From assembly GCA_903867225.1 (NCBI GenBank), contig CAIPQN010000042.1, positions 102,992-166,991 of the forward strand: a DNA stretch of 64,000 bases, read 5' to 3'. This document shows, in pieces, positions 29,203 to 37,657 of the stretch. The stretch is from an uncultured Pseudomonadota bacterium. GTDB taxonomy: Bacteria > Pseudomonadota > Gammaproteobacteria > Methylococcales > Methylomonadaceae. A program made the translations under genes and the position numbers. Positions within the stretch are counted from its first letter, which is position 1. Each line of letters begins with the position of its first letter. The notes below the pieces were generated by a model. It had not been told where the DNA came from and ran no database searches. It worked only from the letters and a program-made list of their open reading frames with translations.

Positions 29203-29943
29203 TTACATTTGCAGTAATTTTGCACTAGCAGCAGAATTTTCTTTGACGTTTTTCATCACATTGGTTTGCATTTCAAAGTTACGCGCCAATTCAATCATAT
29301 CGACCATTGCACCAATCGCGTTTACGTTACTGCCTTCGATAACGCCTTGTGAGACTTGAACGCTGGTATTGTCATTTTGTGCAGTGCCGTCTTTGATATA
29401 AACCAAGCCGTCTGTTCGTTTTTCAATGTTTTTAGAATCAGGTTTAATCAATTTAAGTTGATCGACCGTAGTGGTAGCATTTGTTGCCGCACCAAACGGA
29501 ATAATGTTGATTGAACCATCTTCGCTAATCGTCAATTTTTCAGCAGGCGGAATGTTAATCGGTTGACCATTAACATTCAAAACAGGCAAACCAGAAGCGG
29601 TAAATAATGCACCATCTGGTGTCATTTTAAAATCACCCGCTCGCGTGTAGGCTTCTTTACCTTGACTGTCGCGTACCGCAAAAAAACCTTCTCCGTTAAT
29701 TGCAATATCTAACGGGTTGTCTGTTGTCTGAAAATTACCTTGTGAAAAATCAGTTCCAGGTTTTTCAGTTTGAGCATAAACCCGTGTCGCATAACCATCA
29801 CCAAAAACAGGCATACTGCGAAATTGTTCTAAATCCGATTTAAAACCTGTGGTTTGAGCATTTGCCAAATTATTGGCGTTGGCTGTTTGTGCGAGCAATG
29901 TTTGTGTCGCGCCACTTGTGGCGATATAAAGACTGCGATCCAT
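29203..29943 (-). CDS. flgF: Flagellar proximal rod protein FlgF
   Basis: 246 aa. MDRSLYIATSGATQTLLAQTANANNLANAQTTGFK...GSNVNAIGAMVDMIELARNFEMQ. Confidence 0.9.
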   Translation of the reverse strand: MDRSLYIATSGATQTLLAQTANANNLANAQTTGFKSDLEQFRSMPVFGDGYATRVYAQTEKPGTDFSQGNFQTTDNPLDIAINGEGFFAVRDSQGKEAYTRAGDFKMTPDGALFTASGLPVLNVNGQPINIPPAEKLTISEDGSINIIPFGAATNATTTVDQLKLIKPDSKNIEKRTDGLVYIKDGTAQNDNTSVQVSQGVIEGSNVNAIGAMVDMIELARNFEMQTNVMKNVKENSAASAKLLQM

Positions 29944-29970
29944 AAAATTCTCCCGTTCACATATTGAATT

Positions 29971-29995
29971 GTGGGCGTGATAAATTCACGCCCAC
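29971..29995 (-). other. Perfect 10-bp hairpin between flgE and flgF (mRNA stability/attenuation element; no U-tract)
   Basis: GTGGGCGTGA-taaat-TCACGCCCAC, about 15 nt downstream of the flgE stop. Confidence 0.45.
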
Positions 29996-30010
29996 GAGAA
30001 ACTTAAAAAA

Positions 30011-31786
30011 CTAAATTCTCAAAATGGTATCAACCAAACTTTTTTCAGTCGTAATGGTTTGCGAGTTCGCTTGATAGGCTTGTTGCGCGACAATCAATTT
30101 AACCAACTGTGCAGACAAATCTACATTTGAGTTTTCAATGGCGGATGATTGAATAGTACCGAAATTGTTATCGCCACCAGCACCATAAATTGGGTTGCCA
30201 GAATCTGACGTTGCTAACCAAGTTGTTGCTCCAACTTTTGCCAAATCTTGGTTACTTGGGAAACGTGCTAATGCAACTTGACCTAATGGTTTCGCGTAAC
30301 CGTTACTGTATTTTGCAAAGACAACGCCGTGCTTATCAACGTCAACGCCTGTCAAATTACCAACAGGTAAACCATCTTGTTTTAATGTATTGACGCTGAA
30401 CGGTGTTGAAAATTGCGTTGAACCACTGAAGTCAATGCTGAAAGTCATTGATGCCGCTTTCAAATCAGGGTTGATGGCTGAAATATCAACTGCACCAAAA
30501 TCAACTTTCGTGTTCATCGATTTAACAGCACCTGTACCTGCAACAGCAGCAGCAGCGGCAGCGGCTGTTTCATCTGCTTCTGCTGCCGTAACCGTGGTTA
30601 CAGCGTCGTCATAAGTCGCTTTTGTGGTTGCTGCATCAGTATTAGCTTTGTCCAACGCCGCTTGAGCTGCTACTAACGCTGCATTTGCTCGCGTTAAATT
30701 TTCTTGTGCAGCTGTCACTGACGCAGGCACTGTTGGTAAATTTGGATCTGCTTGAGCCGTTGCCAAATCTAACGAAGTTTGTGCCGCTGTTACTGTATCA
30801 GTAGCTTGTTGTGTAAATTTGGTTTGAGTTACAACAGCGGCCGCTGCAACATCTGAATTAACTTTTGCAAGTGCAGCGGCTGATCTCGCTAAATCGCCTG
30901 CGGTTGCAATAGGTGATACTTTTGATAAATTGCCTTTATCATCAAACATTACTTTTGTTGGTTGCGTAGTAATTGTGCCAGATGGTAACGCTACAGCACC
31001 CGTTGCGATAACAGGTGGAATAGCATAAACATCTTCTTGTACGCCAGGTTGAATACTTCTGCCATCAAGGAAAGTGTAAGCATCCCATTCATTTGGAACC
31101 GCTGTTTTACAGAAATAAGTTGATGCAATGTGAGCGTTGCCTAACGCATCGTAAGTCGTGATTGAAGTAGTATGCGTATAAGTTTTTGGATCAGGAATAT
31201 AAGGTTCTGTACCTGGTGTTGTAAAAGCAAATGGCGAAATAGCAGGTTTTGCTGCACCGTTCAAATTGACGTTCATACCGACATCTGTAGTTGCTGTTGG
31301 CGCACCTTGATCGGTATTTACTTTTAATGGCAATTTAACGCCCACGTCGAAACCTTCTGCAACGGTTGTGCCTGTTGGTTTGAACGCCAATAAATAACGT
31401 CCGCTATCATCTACAACGTTACCAGCATTATTTAAATGAAATGCGCCATTACGAGTAAATGACGTAGCTTCTAATGGTTTGTCTGGAATGATTGGATCAA
31501 CCAAATCACCCATTGCAAAAAAACCTTCGCCACTCAAAGCTAAATCTAACGAGTTTCCTGTCGGTTCAATGTTGCCTTGCGTAAATTGTTGGGCAACAGA
31601 ACTGACTTTAACGCCTGTACCGACAGCGGCTTTCCCGACTGAACCCAAACTACTGACATAAACATCACCAAACTGGGCGCGAGATTCTTTAAAGCCTGTT
31701 GTTTGTGAGTTTGAAATGTTATTGCCCGTAACAGACAATGTTGTTGATGCGGCTTTTAAGCCACTTAATGCTGTTGAAAAACCCAT
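30011..31786 (-). CDS. flgE: Flagellar hook protein FlgE with a large Ala/Thr-rich internal insertion
   Basis: 591 aa. N-terminus MGFSTALSGLKAASTTLSVTGNNISNSQTTGFK; C-terminus ENSNVDLSAQLVKLIVAQQAYQANSQ. Internal segment at about aa 295-420 is low-complexity A/T/Q/D-rich. Confidence 0.92.
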   Translation of the reverse strand: MGFSTALSGLKAASTTLSVTGNNISNSQTTGFKESRAQFGDVYVSSLGSVGKAAVGTGVKVSSVAQQFTQGNIEPTGNSLDLALSGEGFFAMGDLVDPIIPDKPLEATSFTRNGAFHLNNAGNVVDDSGRYLLAFKPTGTTVAEGFDVGVKLPLKVNTDQGAPTATTDVGMNVNLNGAAKPAISPFAFTTPGTEPYIPDPKTYTHTTSITTYDALGNAHIASTYFCKTAVPNEWDAYTFLDGRSIQPGVQEDVYAIPPVIATGAVALPSGTITTQPTKVMFDDKGNLSKVSPIATAGDLARSAAALAKVNSDVAAAAVVTQTKFTQQATDTVTAAQTSLDLATAQADPNLPTVPASVTAAQENLTRANAALVAAQAALDKANTDAATTKATYDDAVTTVTAAEADETAAAAAAAVAGTGAVKSMNTKVDFGAVDISAINPDLKAASMTFSIDFSGSTQFSTPFSVNTLKQDGLPVGNLTGVDVDKHGVVFAKYSNGYAKPLGQVALARFPSNQDLAKVGATTWLATSDSGNPIYGAGGDNNFGTIQSSAIENSNVDLSAQLVKLIVAQQAYQANSQTITTEKSLVDTILRI

Positions 31787-31812
31787 GAGTGTTGCCTCGA
31801 ATTAAGTAAGAA

Positions 31813-32505
31813 TTAAAGAATTTGTTTAACTTGTGCAAAATCTACGCTACTACCATCGGCGAGATTTACTTTCATGCCCGTTGTACCATTTGCCATCACG
31901 ACACTGCCCACTTTTGAGTTAATGTCAGTTGTGAAAGCAGTATTTTTTCCATCAACAGGCGCAGAAGCCGCAATTTTATAAGTGCCTGGACTTGATAATG
32001 TTCCAGCGGTATTCGTGCCATCCCAAGAAAATGGAATGCTACCCGCGCTTTGATTGCCGAGTTCCAACGTTTTAACCAATTCACCCGTTGACGCATTGAC
32101 GACAGAAACTTGTAAATTCGGTGTGCTGCTATTCAAATTCACGGTGCCACTTATATCACCACCAGATGCCAAAACACCTTGCGTGCTAGTCACAGTAACA
32201 TCACGACCCACCAAACTGGCGGCTTGTAATGCTTGATCGGAATTGATTGAACTCGCAAACGATGCAAAGGATTTTTGCAAATCTTGAATCCCTGAAACTG
32301 TACCGAATTGCGCCATCTGTGACAAAAATTCGCCATTTTGCATTGGGCTATTTGGATCTTGATGCGTCATTTGTGTGGTCATCAACTTTAAAAATTGATC
32401 TTGACCGAGTGACGTTTGTTTCTTTGCAGCCGCTGCTGAAGCGGCTGCTGCATCAATCGTTGTTTTTGTTAAATTAGTATATTGATCTGTTGCTGCTACT
32501 GCCAT
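31813..32505 (-). CDS. flgD: Flagellar hook capping/scaffold protein FlgD
   Basis: QDQFLKLMTTQMTHQDPNSPMQNGEFLSQMAQFGTVSGIQ is the typical FlgD N-motif, followed by an Ig-like C-terminal part. Confidence 0.9.
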   Translation of the reverse strand: MAVAATDQYTNLTKTTIDAAAASAAAAKKQTSLGQDQFLKLMTTQMTHQDPNSPMQNGEFLSQMAQFGTVSGIQDLQKSFASFASSINSDQALQAASLVGRDVTVTSTQGVLASGGDISGTVNLNSSTPNLQVSVVNASTGELVKTLELGNQSAGSIPFSWDGTNTAGTLSSPGTYKIAASAPVDGKNTAFTTDINSKVGSVVMANGTTGMKVNLADGSSVDFAQVKQIL

Positions 32506-32514
32506 AACTCCCCC

Positions 32515-32931
32515 TTATTGTCCCATTCTCAATGTTTGTAACATCATTTGTTTTGCTGTATTCAAGACTTCGATGTTGTTTTGATACGAACGTGATGCAG
32601 ACATCATATTCGCCATTTCCTCAATTGTGTTTACATTCGGCTTAAAAATATACCCATCTTTATCTGCCATTGGATGATTTGGCGCGTACTCCATGACAGC
32701 GGGTGCTTTGCTTTCAACGATACCACGCACTTCAACTTTGCTTGCGGCATTTTGCCCATCAATGACGTTTTTCAATTCGGCACCAAAAACGGCTTGGCGC
32801 GATTTGTAAACATCGCCTTGACTACTACTGACACTGTTAGCGTTTGCCATATTACTTGCGACCAAATTTAATCGTAGTTGTTGAGCATTCATGCCGCTAC
32901 CAGCAATATCAAAAATGTTTAATGATGACAT
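32515..32931 (-). CDS. flgC: Flagellar proximal rod protein FlgC
   Basis: 138 aa. FDIAGSGMNAQQLRLNLVASNMANANS...VNTIEEMANMMSASRSYQNN. Confidence 0.95.
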   Translation of the reverse strand: MSSLNIFDIAGSGMNAQQLRLNLVASNMANANSVSSSQGDVYKSRQAVFGAELKNVIDGQNAASKVEVRGIVESKAPAVMEYAPNHPMADKDGYIFKPNVNTIEEMANMMSASRSYQNNIEVLNTAKQMMLQTLRMGQ

Positions 32932-33326
32932 TATGCTTGTCCTGTAATTGCAGATGTTAAGTCTTTAAAGTCGCCACCTAACCATTGCAAACTGGCTTGA
33001 TATTGCAATGAGTTTTCGGCGTATTTTGCTTGTTCAATATGTTCTTCAACCGTATTACCATCGAGTGAAACTTGACTGGGGTTACGATATTTTAATTGTG
33101 CGCCGAGAAAAGGTGTTTCTGTCGCAAAATGTGCGGCGTTGGTATGCGCCAAGATAGTAGGTTGGGGCATAGATTTTTTCAGCACACTCGAAAAATCTAA
33201 ATCTCGTGCTTTGTAATTTGGGGTATCCGCATTGGCTAAATTTGCTGCCAAAATTTCACCACGTTTTTCACGCAAAGCTAAAATTTTCGGGCTGCTACCC
33301 AATGCTGCATCAAAACTAATTGCCAT
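32931..33326 (-). CDS. flgB: Flagellar proximal rod protein FlgB
   Basis: 131 aa. LALREKRGEILAANLANADTPNYKARD. First gene of the flgB-L run, with a 1-nt overlap with the flgC start. Confidence 0.95.
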   Translation of the reverse strand: MAISFDAALGSSPKILALREKRGEILAANLANADTPNYKARDLDFSSVLKKSMPQPTILAHTNAAHFATETPFLGAQLKYRNPSQVSLDGNTVEEHIEQAKYAENSLQYQASLQWLGGDFKDLTSAITGQA

Positions 33327-33364
33327 GATATGACTCCTGAAATGTTTTTGTATTCAATATAAAA

Positions 33365-33379
33365 GCATATTATATGCCA
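33365..33379 (-). promoter_or_regulatory. Candidate sigma-54 promoter of flgB operon: TGGCATataataTGCT
   Basis: Minus strand reads gcTGGCATATAATATGCTttt with exact GG-N10-GC spacing, about 39 nt upstream of the flgB ATG. Confidence 0.5.
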
Positions 33380-33629
33380 GCAAATATTAACCAATTAAAA
33401 TCAGCTGGTTAGTATTTTAGGGGATTTTAATCACTTAGGTTATCGTCAAAAAATAGCTAAAGTTAAGACTTTATTTTTAGATAATCCACTATTTTGACAT
33501 TGGCGGCGTGGGGTGTGCGTCAAGAAATTGTCAGAAGAAAAGACGATAAAAACGTTGATGTGTCGATTTATTTACGCACCTTATAAAGATGGCTAATGAA
33601 TTCACGCTTATTTCATAAAATTTATTTTC

Positions 33630-33645
33630 TGGCATTGAATCTGCT
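33630..33645 (+). promoter_or_regulatory. Candidate sigma-54 promoter of flgA: TGGCATtgaatcTGCT
   Basis: Plus strand reads tcTGGCATTGAATCTGCTtta with exact spacing, about 45 nt upstream of the flgA ATG. It is divergent from the flgB promoter. Confidence 0.45.
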
Positions 33646-33690
33646 TTATAAATTGCAAAGCGATTACATTAACAAAATTGACTACCTATT

Positions 33691-34383
33691 ATGATTAGAT
33701 TGATGCTGATTTTTGCCAGCGTTTTCATGACAATGAACGCAACTCATGCCGAGCCACAATGGCAATCACATGAATCTATTTATGAAGCGGTTAAAAGTTA
33801 TGTTGCTCAAAACATTAATACGACTGCCGAGTATGAAATTAACTTAGTGCCGTTAATGGATCGCTTGAATTTACCTTTATGCTCACAGCCAATTCAAGCC
33901 TTTACACCGAATCCGATTAAAACAGGACGTGCGTCAATTAACGTGCGTTGTAATACGGGTAAAAAGTGGGCGATTTTTGTGTCAGCAACGATTACGCCAT
34001 TTGAACGAATTGTGATAGCAACGCGACCATTACAAAGTGGCGAAACGTTGACAGGACAACACGCGGCATTAGTGAGAAAAGATGTGTCACAACTACATGG
34101 TAATTATTTGACGCAGTTAGATCAGGTATTAAATAAACAAGCGATACGAACATTGCCTGTTGGAACAGTTTTGATGCTTAAAGATTTTGCCGAACCTATA
34201 TTGTTGAAACGCGGTGATCACGTTTTGATTACCTCATCGAGGTCAGGGGTTGCGATTAAAATGAATGGTATTGCTCAAAGCGAAGGCAAACGAGGGCAAA
34301 TGATTCGTGTTAAAAATCAGAACTCAGGGCGCATTATTAACGCTACTGTGATTGATTCAGGGCTGGTAAGTGTGTCGCAATAA
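33691..34383 (+). CDS. flgA: Flagellar P-ring assembly chaperone FlgA
   Basis: 230 aa. Signal peptide and a SAF-like C-terminal half (LKRGDHVLITSSRSGVAIKMNGIAQSEGKRGQMIRVKNQNSGRIINATV). Position divergent from flgB. Confidence 0.87.
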   Translation: MIRLMLIFASVFMTMNATHAEPQWQSHESIYEAVKSYVAQNINTTAEYEINLVPLMDRLNLPLCSQPIQAFTPNPIKTGRASINVRCNTGKKWAIFVSATITPFERIVIATRPLQSGETLTGQHAALVRKDVSQLHGNYLTQLDQVLNKQAIRTLPVGTVLMLKDFAEPILLKRGDHVLITSSRSGVAIKMNGIAQSEGKRGQMIRVKNQNSGRIINATVIDSGLVSVSQ

Positions 34384-34416
34384 CAAGGTGATACAGGAAA
34401 AATGTGTCATTTGAGT

Positions 34417-34443
34417 TAAAGAATTTCTTTGCCATGCCGATAC
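34417..34443 (+). promoter_or_regulatory. Sigma-28 (FliA) type promoter for flgM: TAAAGAAT-N11-GCCGATAC
   Basis: Matches the enterobacterial class-3 consensus TAAAGTTT-N11-GCCGATAA with exact spacing, about 40 nt upstream of the flgM ATG. Confidence 0.6.
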
Positions 34444-34484
34444 GAGTGTCTATCATACAGATTACTTATTAGGAGCAGCTCGGC

Positions 34485-34787
34485 ATGGCTATCAAATTGA
34501 TTGAAAACGGGGCAATTTCAGCCTCATATAAAAATACACCTAAAAACAAAACTGTTAACGAAGGCAGTGACTTTACGCAAGTGTTATCAGAAACGAAAAC
34601 GGTGGTAAGAAATGACAGCGTCGTTATTACGAACACTGTTATGGGCATTAAAAAAAGTTTTGAATCATCGACAGAATCAAACGTTGATGCAGCACGATTG
34701 GCGCGGATTAAACACGCTATTGAAAGCGGCACTTACGAAATCAATCCAGATCGGATTGCTGCGAAAATGATTCAATTTGGATATTGA
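34485..34787 (+). CDS. flgM: Anti-sigma-28 factor FlgM
   Basis: 100 aa. C-terminus DAARLARIKHAIESGTYEINPDRIAAKMIQF is typical of FlgM. Located between flgA and flgN. Confidence 0.82.
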   Translation: MAIKLIENGAISASYKNTPKNKTVNEGSDFTQVLSETKTVVRNDSVVITNTVMGIKKSFESSTESNVDAARLARIKHAIESGTYEINPDRIAAKMIQFGY

Positions 34788-34809
34788 TTGATGGGGCGAA
34801 AGCTAATTT

Positions 34810-35304
34810 ATGATTGAACACACCTTTCCGATTGCAGAACAGTTAATGTCTAATGCGTTACAGTTAACGCAACGACTTTATCAGCAACTAAATCAAGAGG
34901 CGGACAGTATTGTTCGTACACCGCAATCGAGTTTCATCAGTGCGGTTGCGAACAATAAACGCGATTTAGTCACGCAATTGGAGTTGTTCAACAAACAATT
35001 AGAGCAGATTTTAGCTGCTGAACAATTGCCCCATTCGCAAATCGGTATTAACGCGTATTTTCAAATGGCAGCAATCGCTAATTTATCGACAGATATGATT
35101 AAAGCAAATTGGGAACAGTTGATGAAATTGTGTACCGAATGTAAAAATTTAAATGAGCAGAATGGCGCGAGCATTGATATGTTAGCGCGAAATAACAAAC
35201 GCACCCTTCATATCCTCAAAGGCAAATCCGAAAACGTAACCAGTTATGGGCGTGACGGTGCCGTTATTAGTGATTTCCAAACAAATACTTTCGTTTCAGT
35301 TTAA
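34810..35304 (+). CDS. flgN: Flagellar export chaperone FlgN (by position, size and helical Gln/Leu-rich composition)
   Basis: 164 aa, follows flgM. No strong motif was recognised beyond the context. Confidence 0.65.
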   Translation: MIEHTFPIAEQLMSNALQLTQRLYQQLNQEADSIVRTPQSSFISAVANNKRDLVTQLELFNKQLEQILAAEQLPHSQIGINAYFQMAAIANLSTDMIKANWEQLMKLCTECKNLNEQNGASIDMLARNNKRTLHILKGKSENVTSYGRDGAVISDFQTNTFVSV

Positions 35305-35348
35305 CGCGCAATTCTGTGCTGACTTTATGTTAAACTTATCGCTGTGCC

Positions 35349-35422
35349 GCCTCGGTAGCTCAGTAGGATAGAGCGATCCCCTCCTAAGGGATAGGTCAGT
35401 GGTTCAATTCCGCTTCGGGGCG
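35349..35422 (+). tRNA. tRNA-Arg (anticodon CCU)
   Basis: Hand-folded cloverleaf. Acceptor GCCTCGG/TCGGGGC (two G-U pairs), D-arm GCTC-AGTAGGATA-GAGC, anticodon arm ATCCC-CTCCTAA-GGGAT, variable loop AGGTC, T-arm AGTGG-TTCAATT-CCGCT, discriminator G. CCA is not encoded. Confidence 0.88.
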
Positions 35423-35534
35423 CGATATCAGCATCCAATACAATCCAAAAACATCCATAACCCCGCAAGTTATCTGACTTAGTGGGTTTTTTATTGTCTT
35501 GTAGTGTCTAATATAATCTATTGACATCCCCCCG

Positions 35535-35699
35535 CGATAGTCCGTGCAAACCAGTACAGGTGATAAAAATCAATAAGATACAGAAAAATCATTTTTGACT
35601 GTAATTTTTTAACACATTGAAAACTAATGAATTTAAGAAAATCGATTTGTTTATTTCGCTTGAAATTAACCTACCTACACTGGTTTGTAGGGACTATCG
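35535..35699. repeat. Inverted pair of a ~27-nt hairpin-containing element flanking ~110 bp of AT-rich DNA (REP-like or MITE-like)
   Basis: 35535-35561 CGATAGTCCGTGCAAACCAGTACAGGT versus the reverse complement of 35673-35699, CGATAGTCCCTACAAACCAGTGTAGGT (23/27 identical). The right copy contains a perfect CCTACA-ctggtt-TGTAGG hairpin. Confidence 0.7.
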
Positions 35700-35841
35700 G
35701 TGATTCTGTTTTTAGAATCGTTTCGATAGGGGCAATCTTCTCGTGGACAAAATAATTTTAGGTCTACGCTTAATTTTTTAGTCATGGTCAAAATTTCTCA
35801 TTTTTTTTGAGATATTTTGAACCAAAACAGCCTTAAATTCT

Positions 35842-35870
35842 CACCTGCATTGGTTTTTGAGGGGCTATCC
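35842..35870 (+). repeat. Third, more diverged copy of the same element (direct with the 35673 copy)
   Basis: CACCTGCATTGGTTTTTGAGGGGCTATCC compared with (CA)CCTACACTGGTTTGTAGGGACTATCG. About 70 nt upstream of the MCO start codon. Confidence 0.5.
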
Positions 35871-35941
35871 AGTCTCCTAGGCGTAATTGGTGCATGACAA
35901 TATTTGAGCGTTTTAAAACAAGATTCTAAGTAAGGGTTATC

Positions 35942-37657
35942 ATGTACAATCGTGTTATGTTCCGAAAATTAAAATCTGTTGAGTTTATGTTTAAAAAATA
36001 CTTTGTTCTTAGTTTGTTGGTAATTGTGACTGCGTTAATTATTGTAACTACCCAATGGTTTCCTATCATTAAAAAGCATGCGCGTGAAATTCCACCCACA
36101 ACAGTTTTTAGTAACGCTGATAACGCAAATATCGAAAAACCGTGTACGGATGAGCGTATTGAATGGCGTGATGCACAAGAAATTGAAGGCGTAAAAATTT
36201 CTGCATCACCTGCATGTGAGCCTGATAATCCTTACACAATTGCGACTGCTGTCAAAGGAACGAATAACGTGTCGATGATGACGCTAATGCAAAGTAATCT
36301 TGCACAAGATGCTATTACGATGGGCGAAGATTTGGACAAAGACGGCGATCCTGACGAAATCTACATCAAATTAGAAGTTGTTGAATTAAATGGTTTTAGC
36401 CCAGATGGCGATTATTTAATGAATACTTATAATATCGCACCAGGTTTGCAGCCTTCTTTGTGGGTATTTGCACCAAAAATGCAGGGCATGGCGGTGAAAA
36501 ATTTTAATTCGCAGGTGGCCCATCCGTTATTACGTGCGCCTTCACCCGTTATTCGTGTTGAACAAGGCGACAAAGTTTTTATCACGCTAGAAAACACGCA
36601 TTATTTGCCACACACGATTCATTTACATGGTGTTGATCATCCGTTTTTGACTGCGGCAGGTCATGATAATGATGGCATGGAAGAACACGCCGTTTTTCCA
36701 GGTAAGCAGCACACTTACGAAATTCAACCACGTCATGCAGGAACGATGCTCTATCATTGCCACGTTCAAACGGCTCAACATTTCATGATGGGTTTGAATG
36801 GAATGTTTATTGTCGAAGAAAATGCGCCAAATAATTGGGTACAAACATTTAATATCGGGGCAGGACAGGTGCGTCATTCTGCTGTTCATGTTCAGAAAAA
36901 TTACGATCAAGAATACGATTTGCACTATCAATCGATAGATAAAGAACTCGCCAAAATTCCTCAAGAAGCTAATGATCCACGCTTAATTAGTCAAAAAATG
37001 AGTCGTGATTACAATATGACGACATCGAATGAAAATTATTTTTTACTTAATGGACATTCGTTTCCTTACACCTTGCGTGATGCAATGATCGTTGTGAATG
37101 AAAATGAACGTGTAAAAATACACGCAGCTAATTTACAACGTTCGCCAATTGCAGTGCATTTTCATGGGCATAAAGCCACAATCACTGCTTACGACGGCGT
37201 TGATGCACCACAAGGTTTGCAATTAACTCGCGATGTTTTTGATATTTCACCTGCACAACGTTTAGATTTATCACTTAATACAAAAAATGACGGTTTAAAT
37301 AGTTACGGCGCGGGGCTTTGGATGTTTCATGACCACACACCCACGGGGACAACTACTGACGGTATGGAACCAGGTGGAAATATCACATTACTTGCATACA
37401 AATCATTTTTAGACGCGCAAGGAATGCCAAAAATGCACGATGAACTTTTTAATGATGTCTTTAATAAAGAGTACTACGCAAAACAACGACCGCTTTGGGC
37501 AAATGGCGAATGGGCAAGTTTCTTTGGTGATGCAGGAAAAGTTACACCAAATTATAGTGAGTTGATTGCATTTTGTGCGGTGATTGGTTTGTTAATTGGC
37601 GCATTTATTTTGACGCTGCATATTTATTTACAAAATAGAATTCATGAAAAAAAATAA
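35942..37657 (+). CDS. Membrane-anchored two-domain multicopper oxidase (T1 site in domain 1, i.e. type-C-like 2dMCO)
   Basis: 571 aa with hydrophobic segments at both ends (FVLSLLVIVTALIIV; LIAFCAVIGLLIGAFILTL). Copper motifs: HTIHLHG, YHCHVQTAQHFMMG (His-Cys-His plus His/Met), VHFHGH, and MFHDH (no Cys in domain 2). No twin-arginine motif was seen. Confidence 0.8.
   Translation: MYNRVMFRKLKSVEFMFKKYFVLSLLVIVTALIIVTTQWFPIIKKHAREIPPTTVFSNADNANIEKPCTDERIEWRDAQEIEGVKISASPACEPDNPYTIATAVKGTNNVSMMTLMQSNLAQDAITMGEDLDKDGDPDEIYIKLEVVELNGFSPDGDYLMNTYNIAPGLQPSLWVFAPKMQGMAVKNFNSQVAHPLLRAPSPVIRVEQGDKVFITLENTHYLPHTIHLHGVDHPFLTAAGHDNDGMEEHAVFPGKQHTYEIQPRHAGTMLYHCHVQTAQHFMMGLNGMFIVEENAPNNWVQTFNIGAGQVRHSAVHVQKNYDQEYDLHYQSIDKELAKIPQEANDPRLISQKMSRDYNMTTSNENYFLLNGHSFPYTLRDAMIVVNENERVKIHAANLQRSPIAVHFHGHKATITAYDGVDAPQGLQLTRDVFDISPAQRLDLSLNTKNDGLNSYGAGLWMFHDHTPTGTTTDGMEPGGNITLLAYKSFLDAQGMPKMHDELFNDVFNKEYYAKQRPLWANGEWASFFGDAGKVTPNYSELIAFCAVIGLLIGAFILTLHIYLQNRIHEKK

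Noticed and set aside
35535-35870. Possible mini-CRISPR array (three ~27-29-nt repeats)
   Set aside because: The copies are in mixed orientation, diverge by 4-8 positions, have unequal spacing (~110 and ~140 nt), and no cas genes are nearby. A REP/MITE-like or operator explanation fits better.
35423-35941. Prophage or integrative island directly at the tRNA-Arg 3' end
   Set aside because: No integrase, excisionase or transposase ORF in any frame, and no direct repeat of the tRNA 3' end was spotted downstream within the window. Only the short repeat elements are reported.
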